DNA of 30,959 nucleotides, taken from positions 1 to 30,959 of the forward strand of contig CAIQHW010000601.1 in NCBI GenBank assembly GCA_903871715.1, in the 5' to 3' direction. Shown piece after piece: positions 1 through 9,698 of this stretch. Positions within the stretch are counted from its first letter, which is position 1; each line of letters opens with the position of its first letter. The stretch is from an uncultured bacterium. GTDB lineage: Bacteria; Bacteroidota; Bacteroidia; Chitinophagales; CAIODY01. Under the pieces are notes generated by a model that was not told the origin of the DNA, searched no databases, and worked only from the letters and a program-made list of their open reading frames with translations. The position numbers and the translations under genes are program-made.

Positions 1-3
1 AGG

Positions 4-11
4 CAAACTTA
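4..11 (-). promoter_or_regulatory. Bacteroidota sigma-A -7 box (TAAGTTTG) for a gene beyond the left edge
   Basis: Reverse complement of caaactta matches TAnnTTTG; lies downstream of the metK terminator. Confidence 0.45.
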
Positions 12-61
12 AAATAAAATGGTGAAAGCCGTTGTAAAAAAGTAGCAGCAATTTTACTTTC

Positions 62-97
62 AAAAAAGGCAATCTGAAAAATCAGATTGCCTTTTTT
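62..97 (-). terminator. Intrinsic terminator after metK
   Basis: Perfect IR AAAAAAGGCAATCTGA-AAAA-TCAGATTGCCTTTTTT with T-tracts on both strands, about 20 nt past the metK stop. Confidence 0.85.
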
Positions 98-118
98 ACA
101 TTTTACAAACCAAACAAA

Positions 119-1354
119 TTATTTCAAACCAAATGCTTTTTTTACAGCAGGTACGTAATCTAATTTTTCCCAAGTAAAAGTTTCATACGATTTTCCATTC
201 ACTGTTTTTTTGCCTGGTGTTCGCCCCATGTGCCCGTAGCTTGCGGTTTCGCTGTATATAGGCGATTTCAATTTAAAGCGTTCGATGATAGCTGCTGGGC
301 GCATATCAAAAATGGCTTCCACCTTTTTCGCAATTTCACCATCTGTCATTTTCACTTTCGATGTGCCATAAGTATTTACATACAAACCCACAGGCGTTGC
401 TACACCAATAGCATAAGCCACTTGCACCAAAGCTTCATCGCAAACACCTGCTGCCACTAAGTTTTTGGCAATGTGTCTGGTAGCATAAGCAGCACTTCTA
501 TCCACTTTCGATGGGTCTTTGCCGCTGAATGCACCACCACCGTGAGCACCTTTTCCACCATAAGTATCTACAATAATTTTTCTGCCAGTTAAGCCTGTAT
601 CACCGTGTGGACCACCAATTACAAACTTTCCAGTGGGATTAACGTGGTAAATAATTTTGTTGTTGAATAATGCTTGCACTTTTTTCGGCAATTTTTTCAT
701 CACCCTTGGAATCAAAATCTTAATCACATCGTCTTTGATTTTTTTCAACATCGCAGGCTCTTTATCAAAATCATCATGCTGTGTTGAAACTACAATGGTT
801 TCAATTTTGATAGGTTTATTATTATCATCATATTCAATTGTTACTTGGCTTTTTGCATCGGGGCGCAAATATTTCATTTGCTTTCCTTCTTTTCTGATGG
901 CAGCCAATTCTTCCAACAATAAGTGTGAAAGTGCCAATGGAAGAGGCATGTAGGTATCTGTATCTCTTGAAGCAAAACCAAACATCATGCCTTGGTCGCC
1001 AGCTCCTTGTTCTTTGTGCAAGCCTTTGCCATCATCTACACCTTGTGCAATATCGGGAGATTGTTGATGTACTGCTACTAAAATTCCGCAGCTTTCGGCA
1101 TCAAATTTATATTCGGCTTTGGTGTAGCCAATTTTTTGAATCGTGTTTCGAATCACTTCCTGATAATCAATGTTTGCTTTGGTAGTAATTTCACCAGCAA
1201 CCACCACTTGACCAGTAGTTACCAATGTTTCGCAAGCCACACGGCTATTAGGATCTTGAGCCAACATGGCATCAATAATGGCATCCGAAATTTGGTCGGC
1301 AACTTTGTCTGGATGTCCTTCCGAAACTGATTCGGATGTAAATAAATACGGCAT
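119..1354 (-). CDS. metK: S-adenosylmethionine synthetase
   Basis: N-terminal [22 protein letters not shown]; signatures GAGDQG and GGGAFSGKD; 411 aa. Confidence 0.98.
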   Translation of the reverse strand: MPYLFTSESVSEGHPDKVADQISDAIIDAMLAQDPNSRVACETLVTTGQVVVAGEITTKANIDYQEVIRNTIQKIGYTKAEYKFDAESCGILVAVHQQSPDIAQGVDDGKGLHKEQGAGDQGMMFGFASRDTDTYMPLPLALSHLLLEELAAIRKEGKQMKYLRPDAKSQVTIEYDDNNKPIKIETIVVSTQHDDFDKEPAMLKKIKDDVIKILIPRVMKKLPKKVQALFNNKIIYHVNPTGKFVIGGPHGDTGLTGRKIIVDTYGGKGAHGGGAFSGKDPSKVDRSAAYATRHIAKNLVAAGVCDEALVQVAYAIGVATPVGLYVNTYGTSKVKMTDGEIAKKVEAIFDMRPAAIIERFKLKSPIYSETASYGHMGRTPGKKTVNGKSYETFTWEKLDYVPAVKKAFGLK

Positions 1355-1397
1355 TTTCTATTTTATTTTTTGGTTGAAAAATTATTTTTAAAGATGG

Positions 1398-1405
1398 CAA
1401 ATGTA
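1398..1405 (-). promoter_or_regulatory. -7 promoter box TACATTTG upstream of metK
   Basis: Exact TAnnTTTG match about 45 nt before the ATG. Confidence 0.65.
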
Positions 1406-1452
1406 AGCAAGTGCTATCAAAATTTAAGTCGATTTTTTAGGAAAATAAAAAA

Positions 1453-2280
1453 CTAATTGTTCATCATTTCCACTTCTTCTTTTTGCATCGCTTCTTTATA
1501 AATATCCTGCCGAAGCGATTTTATCATTTCCACTTTTCGTCGGTTCAAAATTATTTTTAGCAACTCGTCTTTCACAAAAATTTCCGGCGAAATATTTTCT
1601 TTTTGCAAAAATTCTTTCACTTGAAAAAGATACGTAAACGCCGTATCATGCTGCTCTATATAACCTTTTGAAGTAGAAATTTGGGTTTGAATTTTTGCAG
1701 GAAAAATATCCGTAGCCCACCACAAATTTTCATCGAGCGAAAATTGTTGGGCAGATTTTTTACAAACTTCCTGCATTTGATTTTGGTTGATGGATGGGTC
1801 AATAAACATACGTTTAATATTCACCAAAGCCGCATCGCTGTTGGCTATTTTGATGTACGACCCCCGGGCAATATCGCTGTGCAACACAAAATCATCCTTG
1901 TGTAAATTGTAAAAATCCTCCAGCTGCTTTTCGGTTACAACTGTATCCAACTTTTGCCGCACCAACTCATTTTCATAATTGTAAATCAAAATGCTTTCTT
2001 TATAATCGTTCATTTTCTTTTCCAATTCTTTTTCATCCACATCTACATTTTGTTCCGCCTTTGAAACCAGCAACTGTTGCAGCATCCAATCGTTCACATA
2101 ATTTTTTACCGCTTGCACACTATCATTTTTTGAAACCCCAGTTTCAATAATACCATGCAAATCCGATGCGTATAAATACTTGTCATATACCCGTGCAATG
2201 GGCTTTTCACCATCGCGATTGTGCGAACAAGCAGCAAAAATTATTGCCAGTAAAATGATATTTTGGAAATGGTTTTTCAA
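1453..2280 (-). CDS. Conserved Bacteroidota lipoprotein, SurA/peptidyl-prolyl isomerase-associated type
   Basis: Lipoprotein signal ending IIFAAC; PIARVYDKYLY and YENELVRQKLDT resemble the Bacteroidota SurA-N-like lipoproteins; TTG start. Confidence 0.55.
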   Translation of the reverse strand: MKNHFQNIILLAIIFAACSHNRDGEKPIARVYDKYLYASDLHGIIETGVSKNDSVQAVKNYVNDWMLQQLLVSKAEQNVDVDEKELEKKMNDYKESILIYNYENELVRQKLDTVVTEKQLEDFYNLHKDDFVLHSDIARGSYIKIANSDAALVNIKRMFIDPSINQNQMQEVCKKSAQQFSLDENLWWATDIFPAKIQTQISTSKGYIEQHDTAFTYLFQVKEFLQKENISPEIFVKDELLKIILNRRKVEMIKSLRQDIYKEAMQKEEVEMMNN

Positions 2281-2363
2281 AAAAAATTATTTTGCAAAAT
2301 AACAAAAATCATTTCGCTGGCTTGAATTTGAAAAACGAAATTTGCATTTTGCAGGTTTAAAAA

Positions 2364-3548
2364 ATGACACTCCGAAATTTATTTTTACAACACGTGGCTC
2401 AAACCAGCGATGCACCACTGCTTTTAGAAGTGGAAAGTGCTACTGGCATTTTTATAACCGACACCAAAGGCAAGGTGTATATCGATTTGATTTCGGGCAT
2501 CGGCGTTTGTTCGCTCGGGCATTGCCATCCTGAAGTGGTGCAAGCTGTGCAATTTCAGGTGCAACAGTATATGCACACCATGGTGTATGGCGAACATGTG
2601 CAACAGCCGCAAGTGGCTCTGGCAGCCTTGCTAACGAGTGTGTTGCCCGAAAAATTAAACAGCGTTTATTTTACCAATTCGGGCAGCGAAGCCACCGAAG
2701 GTGCTATGAAATTAGCCAAAAGAATTACAGGCAGAAATGAATTTATTTCTTTCCAAAACAGCTACCATGGCTCTACACAAGGTGCTTTAAGTTTGATGGA
2801 TAATGAATATTTTACCAAAGCTTATAGTCCGTTATTGCCCCACACCAAACACTTGCAATTCAACCATATGGTTGATTTGGAGCAGATTACAACCAACACC
2901 GCAGCCGTGTTTATCGAATTGGTAAAAGCCGAAAATGGTGTGCAAGTGATGGATAAAAATTTTGCCACAGCCATTCGCCAAAGATGCAATGATACTGGCA
3001 CTTTGCTCATTTTAGATGAAATTCAAACAGGCATGGGACGAACAGGAAAATTATTTTGTTTCGAGCATTTTAATATCCAACCCGATGTGTTGTTGCTCGG
3101 CAAAGCCTTTGGCGGCGGGCTTCCACTGGGTGCATTTGTTGCTGATAAAAAATTGATGAGCACATTAAGTTACGAACCTGTGTTGGGTCACATCACCACA
3201 TTTGGTGGCAACCCAGTTTGTTGTGCCGCAGCTTTTGCTTCGCTAAATTTTTTATTAAAAAATGAATCGCTGATGAATGTTTGCAGCCGCGAAACTTTGA
3301 TAAGAACGCGACTAAAACATTCACTAATAAAAGCAGTGAGAACATTCGGGTTGCTTGCTGCCATTGAGTTAAAAGATTTTTCAACCATGAAAAAAGCAAT
3401 GGATTTGTGTTTACAAAATGGTGTAATAACCGATTGGTTTTTGTTTGCCGATAATTGTTTGCGCATTGCGCCACCACTAATTATTTCCGAACAAGAGTTG
3501 AATCAGGCAATTGATGTAGTTTTGCAATCCCTTGATGAAATAAAATGA
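2364..3548 (+). CDS. Class III PLP aminotransferase (acetylornithine aminotransferase-like)
   Basis: NSGSEATEGA, SYHGST, LILDEIQTGMGRTG, PLP lysine in DVLLLGKAFGGG, TTFGGNP. Confidence 0.92.
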   Translation: MTLRNLFLQHVAQTSDAPLLLEVESATGIFITDTKGKVYIDLISGIGVCSLGHCHPEVVQAVQFQVQQYMHTMVYGEHVQQPQVALAALLTSVLPEKLNSVYFTNSGSEATEGAMKLAKRITGRNEFISFQNSYHGSTQGALSLMDNEYFTKAYSPLLPHTKHLQFNHMVDLEQITTNTAAVFIELVKAENGVQVMDKNFATAIRQRCNDTGTLLILDEIQTGMGRTGKLFCFEHFNIQPDVLLLGKAFGGGLPLGAFVADKKLMSTLSYEPVLGHITTFGGNPVCCAAAFASLNFLLKNESLMNVCSRETLIRTRLKHSLIKAVRTFGLLAAIELKDFSTMKKAMDLCLQNGVITDWFLFADNCLRIAPPLIISEQELNQAIDVVLQSLDEIK

Positions 3549-4528
3549 AATTATTGGCGCCGCTAAAATATTTTTTTCTGTTCTTGATTGTTGTGCTTTT
3601 TTGCAATAGTTGTCGCAAAACTATTTCGCTCAACATCAGCACCATCGAGCTCGACACGTTGAGTGTGCGAAATTTTCAAGACATTGTTTTCATTTCAAAA
3701 GACACTGGATTTATTGTCGGCGGCACACGATTTAGCGATGGGCAAATCATTTCCACTTTTGATGGCGGCAACACTTGGCATTTGAAAGATTCGGTAAGCA
3801 ATTGGGTTTTGAGCAGCATCACTGCAACGCCTACTGGGCAACTGTTTGCGGTGGGCGTTACAGGAAAGATTTTCAACTCTACCAATCGTGGTAAAACTTG
3901 GAACTTGTTTCAAACCCTTGGCTGGTATGACTTGCAGCGAATTATTTGTTTTGGCGATTCTGTTCAAATGGCTGTAGGTGGTGATGGCGGCTCTGTTTCG
4001 CATGGCGTTATTCAAACATTAAAACCCAATTTTGGTGGTTGGTGGCACACTGTTTCTATTTCAAGATATGCCAACAATATTCAAATGCTAAACTTGAAAG
4101 TGGGCTACATAGCGGCTTACGGCGCAGTTTTTAAAACTATTGATGGGGGAGTTTCATGGAATATTACCGAAGCAAAAGGCGATAATTTTACAGCACTTCA
4201 CTTTTTTGATGAGCAACATGGATTGGTAATTGGTTATGAAGGAACGATTTTAGAAACCACCGATGGCGGGAATAGTTGGAACACCAAACGCAATGGCAAC
4301 AGCCCTTTCACGGCTTCGTGGGAATTTACAGACATGGCATTTAGCAGCGAAACTGTAGGATATATAGTTGGCGTAAATGGATTGCTTTTAAAAACCACTG
4401 ATGCTGGTAATCACTGGAAAAAAGCTGAATATTTTAGTGCGCAAACAATCCGCAAAATCTACATTCAAACACCACAAGCCATTTGGCTGCCAGGCGATGG
4501 AGGCACTTTGTATAAAGTATCGGAATAA
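3545..4528 (+). CDS. YCF48-like / BNR Asp-box repeat beta-propeller protein, probable lipoprotein
   Basis: Five Asp-boxes (STFDGGNTW, STNRGKTW, KTIDGGVSW, ETTDGGNSW, KTTDAGNHW); signal peptide ending near Cys; ATGA overlap with the upstream gene. Confidence 0.8.
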   Translation: MKLLAPLKYFFLFLIVVLFCNSCRKTISLNISTIELDTLSVRNFQDIVFISKDTGFIVGGTRFSDGQIISTFDGGNTWHLKDSVSNWVLSSITATPTGQLFAVGVTGKIFNSTNRGKTWNLFQTLGWYDLQRIICFGDSVQMAVGGDGGSVSHGVIQTLKPNFGGWWHTVSISRYANNIQMLNLKVGYIAAYGAVFKTIDGGVSWNITEAKGDNFTALHFFDEQHGLVIGYEGTILETTDGGNSWNTKRNGNSPFTASWEFTDMAFSSETVGYIVGVNGLLLKTTDAGNHWKKAEYFSAQTIRKIYIQTPQAIWLPGDGGTLYKVSE

Positions 4529-4584
4529 AACTTCATTAGTCCTATAACTAAAAGGTCTGAAAACCTTTAAGTTTTAAAGTGTTG

Positions 4585-4658
4585 TAGTGGGGAGCAGATT
4601 TGAACTGCCGACCTTCGGGTTATGAATCCGATGCTCTAACCAACTGAGCTACCCCACC
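4585..4658 (-). tRNA. tRNA-Met(CAT), probably elongator
   Basis: Reverse complement GGTGGGGTAGCTCAGTTGGTTAGAGCATCGGATTCATAACCCGAAGGTCGGCAGTTCAAATCTGCTCCCCACTA folds as a cloverleaf; CAT anticodon; G1-U72 pair (not the initiator C1:A72); GTTCAAAT T-loop; CCA not encoded. Confidence 0.95.
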
Positions 4659-4672
4659 ATTTTTTCGGGTTG

Positions 4673-4680
4673 CAAATGTA
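4673..4680 (-). promoter_or_regulatory. -7 promoter box TACATTTG for tRNA-Met
   Basis: TAnnTTTG match 14 nt upstream of the tRNA 5' end; a TTG lies about 21 nt further upstream. Confidence 0.7.
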
Positions 4681-4750
4681 GAAATTTTGTTTAAAACTTT
4701 GCAATTATTTTTTTGATTACTTTCAACCCTTCATTTTTTAAAAAATACAG

Positions 4751-5944
4751 ATGAATTATTTAGCTGATAGAATAAATAGATTGGGGGAGTCGCAAACGAT
4801 TCAGATGGCGAAGTTAAGCCGAGAACTAAAGGCAAAAGGTGAAGACATAATTGATTTAAGTTTGGGTGAACCCGATTTTCCAACACCGCCACACATATGC
4901 GAAGCAGCAGACCAAGCGATGAAGGATGGCTTCACACATTATACGCCTGTGGCTGGTTTTCCTGATTTGCGATTAGCCATTTCCAACAAATTTAAAAGAG
5001 AAAATGATTTGGATTATGCGCCCGAACAAATTGTGGTTTCAACAGGTGCAAAAAACAGTATCATCAATATTGTGTTAAGCATGTTGAATCCAGGTGAAGA
5101 GGCAATTATCCCAACGCCTTACTGGGTCAGCTATTCAGAGATGGTGAACTTGGCGCAAGGCAAAGTGGTTTTTATAAAATCAACTGTTGAAACTGATTTT
5201 AAAATTTCGGCTGCACAGTTAGAATCCGCTATCACAGCCAATTCTAAGCTCTTAATTTTTTCATCGCCATGCAATCCAACAGGTTCGTTTTATACAAAAG
5301 ATGAGTTGGAAGCATTTGCCAATGTGATTGCAAAACATCCAAAATTGCATGTGATTAGCGATGAAATTTATGAGCATATTAATTTCACTGGCAAGCATGA
5401 AAGCATTGCCCAGTTTGAACAAATCAAAAATCAAGTCATTACGGTAAATGGTGTTTCAAAATGTTATGCCATGACAGGCTGGCGAATTGGCTACATTGGT
5501 GCGCCTTTAGCCATTGCAAAAGCTTGCGAAAAAATGCAAAGTCAATTTACTAGCGGCACCAACTCTATCGCCCAAAAAGCCGCCACGGCAGCATTAAATG
5601 GCAGTTTAGATACAGTGAATGTGATGTTGGATAAATTTCATCAACGCCGCGATTTAGTGTATGATTATTTGAAAAAAATACCTGGCTTAAAAGTGAATTT
5701 GCCGCCAGGTGCATTTTATTTTTTCCCTGATGTAAGTTTTTATTTTGGAAAATCTTTTGGCAATCATCAAGTGAAAAATGCTGATGATTTGTGCATGTAT
5801 TTAATTCACGAAGCCAAAGTGAGTGTGGTTACAGGCAGTGCTTTTGGCGATGATAATTGCATCCGAATTTCTTATTCCACTTCGTCAGCACAATTGCATG
5901 AAGCTATGAAACGCTTGACAGTAGCACTTTCGCAGCTTCATTAA
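4751..5944 (+). CDS. Class I/II PLP aminotransferase (aspartate aminotransferase-like)
   Basis: LSLGEPDF, SPCNPTG, SDEIYEH, PLP lysine in NGVSKCYAMTGWRIG, C-terminal IRISYS. Confidence 0.93.
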   Translation: MNYLADRINRLGESQTIQMAKLSRELKAKGEDIIDLSLGEPDFPTPPHICEAADQAMKDGFTHYTPVAGFPDLRLAISNKFKRENDLDYAPEQIVVSTGAKNSIINIVLSMLNPGEEAIIPTPYWVSYSEMVNLAQGKVVFIKSTVETDFKISAAQLESAITANSKLLIFSSPCNPTGSFYTKDELEAFANVIAKHPKLHVISDEIYEHINFTGKHESIAQFEQIKNQVITVNGVSKCYAMTGWRIGYIGAPLAIAKACEKMQSQFTSGTNSIAQKAATAALNGSLDTVNVMLDKFHQRRDLVYDYLKKIPGLKVNLPPGAFYFFPDVSFYFGKSFGNHQVKNADDLCMYLIHEAKVSVVTGSAFGDDNCIRISYSTSSAQLHEAMKRLTVALSQLH

Positions 5945-6357
5945 TTTTCTTTGTTGAAAAAATTTGAAAGTTTTTCGTGTAAGACTTCTGGCATATCAAC
6001 ACGTTTCATTGTTGTTGAATCAACAAAAACTAAGGTTACTATTCCTTGATTGAGCAACTCATTTTTTTCGTTAAAAATTTCATGATGAAATTGCACTTTT
6101 GATTTTGGTAATTCATGCAAGCTAGATTTAATAGTGAGCAAATCATCATAAAAAGCTGGTCGAAAATAGCGAATACTCATTTCAACAACAGGCATCATCA
6201 CCCCCAAATCTTCCAACTGCTTATAAGTGAAACCCAAGTTCCGTATGGCTTCTGCTCTGCCAACCTCATAATATTGTGGATAGTTACCGTAATAAACATA
6301 GCGCATTTGGTCGGTCTCGGCATAGCGAACTCTGATTTGTGTGGTAGCTGAAAACAT
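5941..6357 (-). CDS. Acyl-CoA thioesterase, YbgC/FadM hotdog family
   Basis: IRVRYAETDQMRYVYYGNYPQYYEVGR motif; 138 aa; convergent 4-nt overlap with the aminotransferase. Confidence 0.9.
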   Translation of the reverse strand: MFSATTQIRVRYAETDQMRYVYYGNYPQYYEVGRAEAIRNLGFTYKQLEDLGVMMPVVEMSIRYFRPAFYDDLLTIKSSLHELPKSKVQFHHEIFNEKNELLNQGIVTLVFVDSTTMKRVDMPEVLHEKLSNFFNKEN

Positions 6358-6461
6358 GGATTTATTTTTAAAAAAGCAAAAGTGGAGAAATTATTTTGTT
6401 GAAAAAAATATTGCGAAAGTCAAATGCTTGTAGCACATTTGATGCACTTAATTTCACAGAA

Positions 6462-7649
6462 ATGAATCTCATCTTTTTTGATAACAATCATCGCCAACAT
6501 TTGTTGCCATTTACTTTTACACGGCCAATGGCTGATTTGCGTTGTGGCATTTTAACTATTCGGGAAAAATGGCAAAAACTTTTTTCTGAAACAATTTCAT
6601 CGAGCATTACCGAGAAATATTTGCAACAAAAATTTCCTTTAAAAACTGCTGTCAAAAATATTCTAATTGCTGGAAACCTTTTACCAACAAAGGATTTAGC
6701 GGATGCAATTTCTACTTTAAAAGAAAATGAAGCATTGATAAATGGCGAAGACTTATTAGCCATTTGTTTAAATGAAACTGCAACACAAGATTTTACATTT
6801 GATAAGAAATTTGAAAAAACTATTTCGTTTAATGCGGATTTCCAGATGATTACACGAGCATTTCAAATTTTTAAATGGAATGATGAGCAAATAAAATTCG
6901 ATTTTGAAATTTTAACTAAGGGCAAAAAGTCAGCGCCAATCAGCACTTCAAATCAAATTATTGCACCCGAAAATATTTTTTTAGAAGAAGAAGCAATGAT
7001 AGAATGTAGTATTTTAAACGCTTCCAATGCAAAAATGTATTTCGCAAAAGATAGCGAAGTGATGGAGGGTTCGATGATTCGTGGTTCGTTTGCATTGGGC
7101 GAACACAGTGTTTTGAAAATGGGTGCAAAAATTTATGGAGCTACCACAATCGGGCAGCACAGCAAGGTTGGCGGCGAAGTAAACAACTCGGTTATCTTCG
7201 GTTTTAGCAATAAGGCACACGATGGATTTATGGGGAATAGTGTAATTGGCGAATGGTGCAACTGGGGCGCAGACACGAACAACAGCAATTTGAAAAACAA
7301 TTATGAAGAAGTGAAATTGTGGAGTTATGTGAAGCAAAGTTTTGAAAAAACAGGCGCACAATTTTGCGGCTTGATGATGGGCGACCACAGCAAATGCGGC
7401 ATCAACACCATGTTTAACACAGGCACTGTGGTGGGCGTTTCAGCCAATATTTTTGGTGCCGGTTTTCCAAGAAATTTTATTGCCGATTTTTCGTGGGGCG
7501 GCGCACAAGGCGTAACTTCTTATCAAGTTAGCAAAGCCATTCAAACTGCAAAACTCGTTTACGAACGCCGTGGGCTTGTGTTTGACGAAGTGGAACAAGA
7601 TATTTTTGCTCACATTTTTGAAGCAACAAAAGCAAGCAGAGGGGAATAG
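6462..7649 (+). CDS. Bacteroidota GlmU-family protein (putative sugar nucleotidyltransferase N-terminus plus hexapeptide left-handed beta-helix)
   Basis: LLPFTFTRPMADLRCGILTIREKW N-terminus; GGEVNNSV, KAHDGFMGNSVIGEWCNWGA and GDHSKCGIN repeats; start moved from 6396 to ATG 6462. Confidence 0.85.
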   Translation: MNLIFFDNNHRQHLLPFTFTRPMADLRCGILTIREKWQKLFSETISSSITEKYLQQKFPLKTAVKNILIAGNLLPTKDLADAISTLKENEALINGEDLLAICLNETATQDFTFDKKFEKTISFNADFQMITRAFQIFKWNDEQIKFDFEILTKGKKSAPISTSNQIIAPENIFLEEEAMIECSILNASNAKMYFAKDSEVMEGSMIRGSFALGEHSVLKMGAKIYGATTIGQHSKVGGEVNNSVIFGFSNKAHDGFMGNSVIGEWCNWGADTNNSNLKNNYEEVKLWSYVKQSFEKTGAQFCGLMMGDHSKCGINTMFNTGTVVGVSANIFGAGFPRNFIADFSWGGAQGVTSYQVSKAIQTAKLVYERRGLVFDEVEQDIFAHIFEATKASRGE

Positions 7650-7733
7650 TAAATTATTTTTCCACAAAAATTTGAAGACACAAAGTTTCGCAAAACTTTG
7701 CGTTTCTTTGCTGCCCAAATTTTAAGAAACAAA

Positions 7734-9572
7734 ATGGACAAAAATACGGTCATTGGTTTTGTGTTGATATTCGCTTTGCTTGGCGGTTATATGTATTTGA
7801 ACCAGCCCAGCAAAGAGCAATTGGCACAACAAAAACGCCAGCAAGATTCGATTGCATTGGCGCAAAAATTTCAACAAAAAAATTATCAAGAACCAACAAG
7901 TTTGGAGAATGCAGTTGACAAAAAAATGTCGAACGATTCTCTGAAAAAGGCTATAGCTGGCGGATTTGGCAGCGGTAAAAGCAGCAACGAAACGGTGAAA
8001 GAATTGCAAAACGATGTGGTAAAAATTAGTTTAACCAGCAACGGCGGACGCATCAAACGCATCGAATTAAAAAACTACAAAACCTTTGCTGGCAAGCCTT
8101 TGGTGTTGGCTGACGAACATACTTTTTCGCAAGGCATTCAATTTTATAATCGCCAAAATATGTTGTTGAACACCAACGATTTTCAATTTGGCGATGTGGA
8201 TGCAACCACAAATTCGATTTCATTTTCTACAAAAAATGATTCGAGTGGATTTATCAAACAAACTTACACCCTGCATCCGGGCAGCTATTTGGTGGATTAC
8301 GATATTACTTTCAATGGCATGGATAAAATCATTCCTGCCAACAACAGCATTGTGGCGTTGAATGTAGATGCTACGCTGATGAAACAAGAACAGAACCGCG
8401 ATAACGAAAATCAATCTACCACCATATTTTATCATTACACCAATGATGATTACGATAAATTGGATGAAGGAAAAAATGACGAAGCAAAGCCTACTACAAG
8501 CATCAAATGGTTTTGTTTTAAACAACGATTTTTTGATGTGGCTTTAATCAGCAAAGATGAATTTACGGACACCAAATTTTCGCAAAAAAAATCTGATTCG
8601 CTTCAATTTTTGAAAAGCATGAGTGCCATGGTGATGATGCCATTTAATCATTCAGCTGACCAAACTTTTCATTTGCAATGGCATATAGGACCGAATAAAT
8701 ACAATGAATTAAAATCGTACAACATAGGACTGGAGAAGATTGTAACACTTGGTGTAGGCATTTTTAAATGGGTAAAATGGATAAACAAATTCTTCATCAT
8801 TCCTGTTTTTAATTTTTTAGATGGATTTCATTTAAGCTATGGTGTAATTATCTTAATCATTGTGTTGATTGTGCGCATGATACTATTTCCACTCAACATC
8901 AAAACCTTTACCAGCGCAGCAAAAATGCGCATTTTAAAACCTGAGTTGGATGCGCTGAGAGAAAAATTTAAAGACGATACTGTAAAATTTGGGCAAGAGC
9001 AAATGAAGCTAAACAGCAAGGCTGGTGTGAATCCACTGGGCGGTTGTTTGCCGCAATTAATTCAAATTCCAGTGTTGATGGCGATGTATTCTTTCTTTCC
9101 ATCGAGTATCGAATTGCGCCAGCAATCGTGGTTGTGGGCTACTGATTTATCCAACTACGATTCCATTTATAACTTAGGATTTTCAATTCCTTGGTATGGC
9201 AATCACATTAGCTTGTTCACTTTATTGATGACGATTACCACATACATTACTATCTACTTAAATCGAAATCAAATGAACATGAGCAGCGACCCGAACATGA
9301 AAGCCATGCAATGGATGCAGTATGTGTTTCCAATTATGTTTTTGGGATTGTTTAATAATTCGCCGGCAGCGCTTTCTTACTATTATTTGTTGCAAAATAT
9401 CACCGCCATTGCGCAACAATTAATCATCAACAAATTTTTGATTGATGAAGATAAATTGCGGTTGCAAATTGAAGAAAACAAAAAACGCCCAGCAAAAAAA
9501 TCGGGCTGGCAACAACGATTGGATGAGGCATACAAAGCTAGAGAACAGCAAGCCAAAAAAGACAGAAGATGA
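7734..9572 (+). CDS. yidC: Membrane protein insertase YidC
   Basis: N-terminal TM MDKNTVIGFVLI, periplasmic domain, then KMRILKPELDALREK, NPLGGCLPQLIQIPVL, WATDLS, LSYYY; start moved to ATG 7734. Confidence 0.96.
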   Translation: MDKNTVIGFVLIFALLGGYMYLNQPSKEQLAQQKRQQDSIALAQKFQQKNYQEPTSLENAVDKKMSNDSLKKAIAGGFGSGKSSNETVKELQNDVVKISLTSNGGRIKRIELKNYKTFAGKPLVLADEHTFSQGIQFYNRQNMLLNTNDFQFGDVDATTNSISFSTKNDSSGFIKQTYTLHPGSYLVDYDITFNGMDKIIPANNSIVALNVDATLMKQEQNRDNENQSTTIFYHYTNDDYDKLDEGKNDEAKPTTSIKWFCFKQRFFDVALISKDEFTDTKFSQKKSDSLQFLKSMSAMVMMPFNHSADQTFHLQWHIGPNKYNELKSYNIGLEKIVTLGVGIFKWVKWINKFFIIPVFNFLDGFHLSYGVIILIIVLIVRMILFPLNIKTFTSAAKMRILKPELDALREKFKDDTVKFGQEQMKLNSKAGVNPLGGCLPQLIQIPVLMAMYSFFPSSIELRQQSWLWATDLSNYDSIYNLGFSIPWYGNHISLFTLLMTITTYITIYLNRNQMNMSSDPNMKAMQWMQYVFPIMFLGLFNNSPAALSYYYLLQNITAIAQQLIINKFLIDEDKLRLQIEENKKRPAKKSGWQQRLDEAYKAREQQAKKDRR

Positions 9573-9638
9573 TTTTTTGAGCAAAATGGTTGCATTGAAA
9601 GCAAAAAATATTTTTTTGGAAAATCCATTAAAGGCATT

Positions 9639-9646
9639 TACTTTTG
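9639..9646 (+). promoter_or_regulatory. -7 promoter box TACTTTTG
   Basis: TAnnTTTG match about 50 nt before the T9SS cargo gene. Confidence 0.55.
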
Positions 9647-9698
9647 ACTTTTTAAATTTATTTCTTAATCAAAATTTAACAACAAAATACAATTTACA

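Noticed and set aside
1355-1452. SAM riboswitch upstream of metK
   Set aside because: Only about 45 nt lie between the -7 box and the ATG; they are AT-rich, with no SAM-I or SAM-II consensus visible.
4616-4632. A31-C39 mismatch in the anticodon stem as a sign of a pseudo-tRNA
   Set aside because: The GGATTCATAACC arm is, from recall, usual for Bacteroidota elongator tRNA-Met; the other arms pair well and a promoter is present.
4529-4750. tRNA-Met as an integration site
   Set aside because: No integrase, no duplicated tRNA 3' end, and the flanking genes are housekeeping.
6396-6461. Upstream extensions in the ORF track (GlmU-like, yidC, GH3, ECF sigma, pfkA, helicase)
   Set aside because: The extensions cross promoter or terminator sequence or other genes; family-typical N-termini begin at the downstream ATG.
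6462-7649. Calling this gene glmU
   Set aside because: It lacks the canonical LAAGxGTRM nucleotidyltransferase motif; it is the Bacteroidota GlmU-like family of unproven function.
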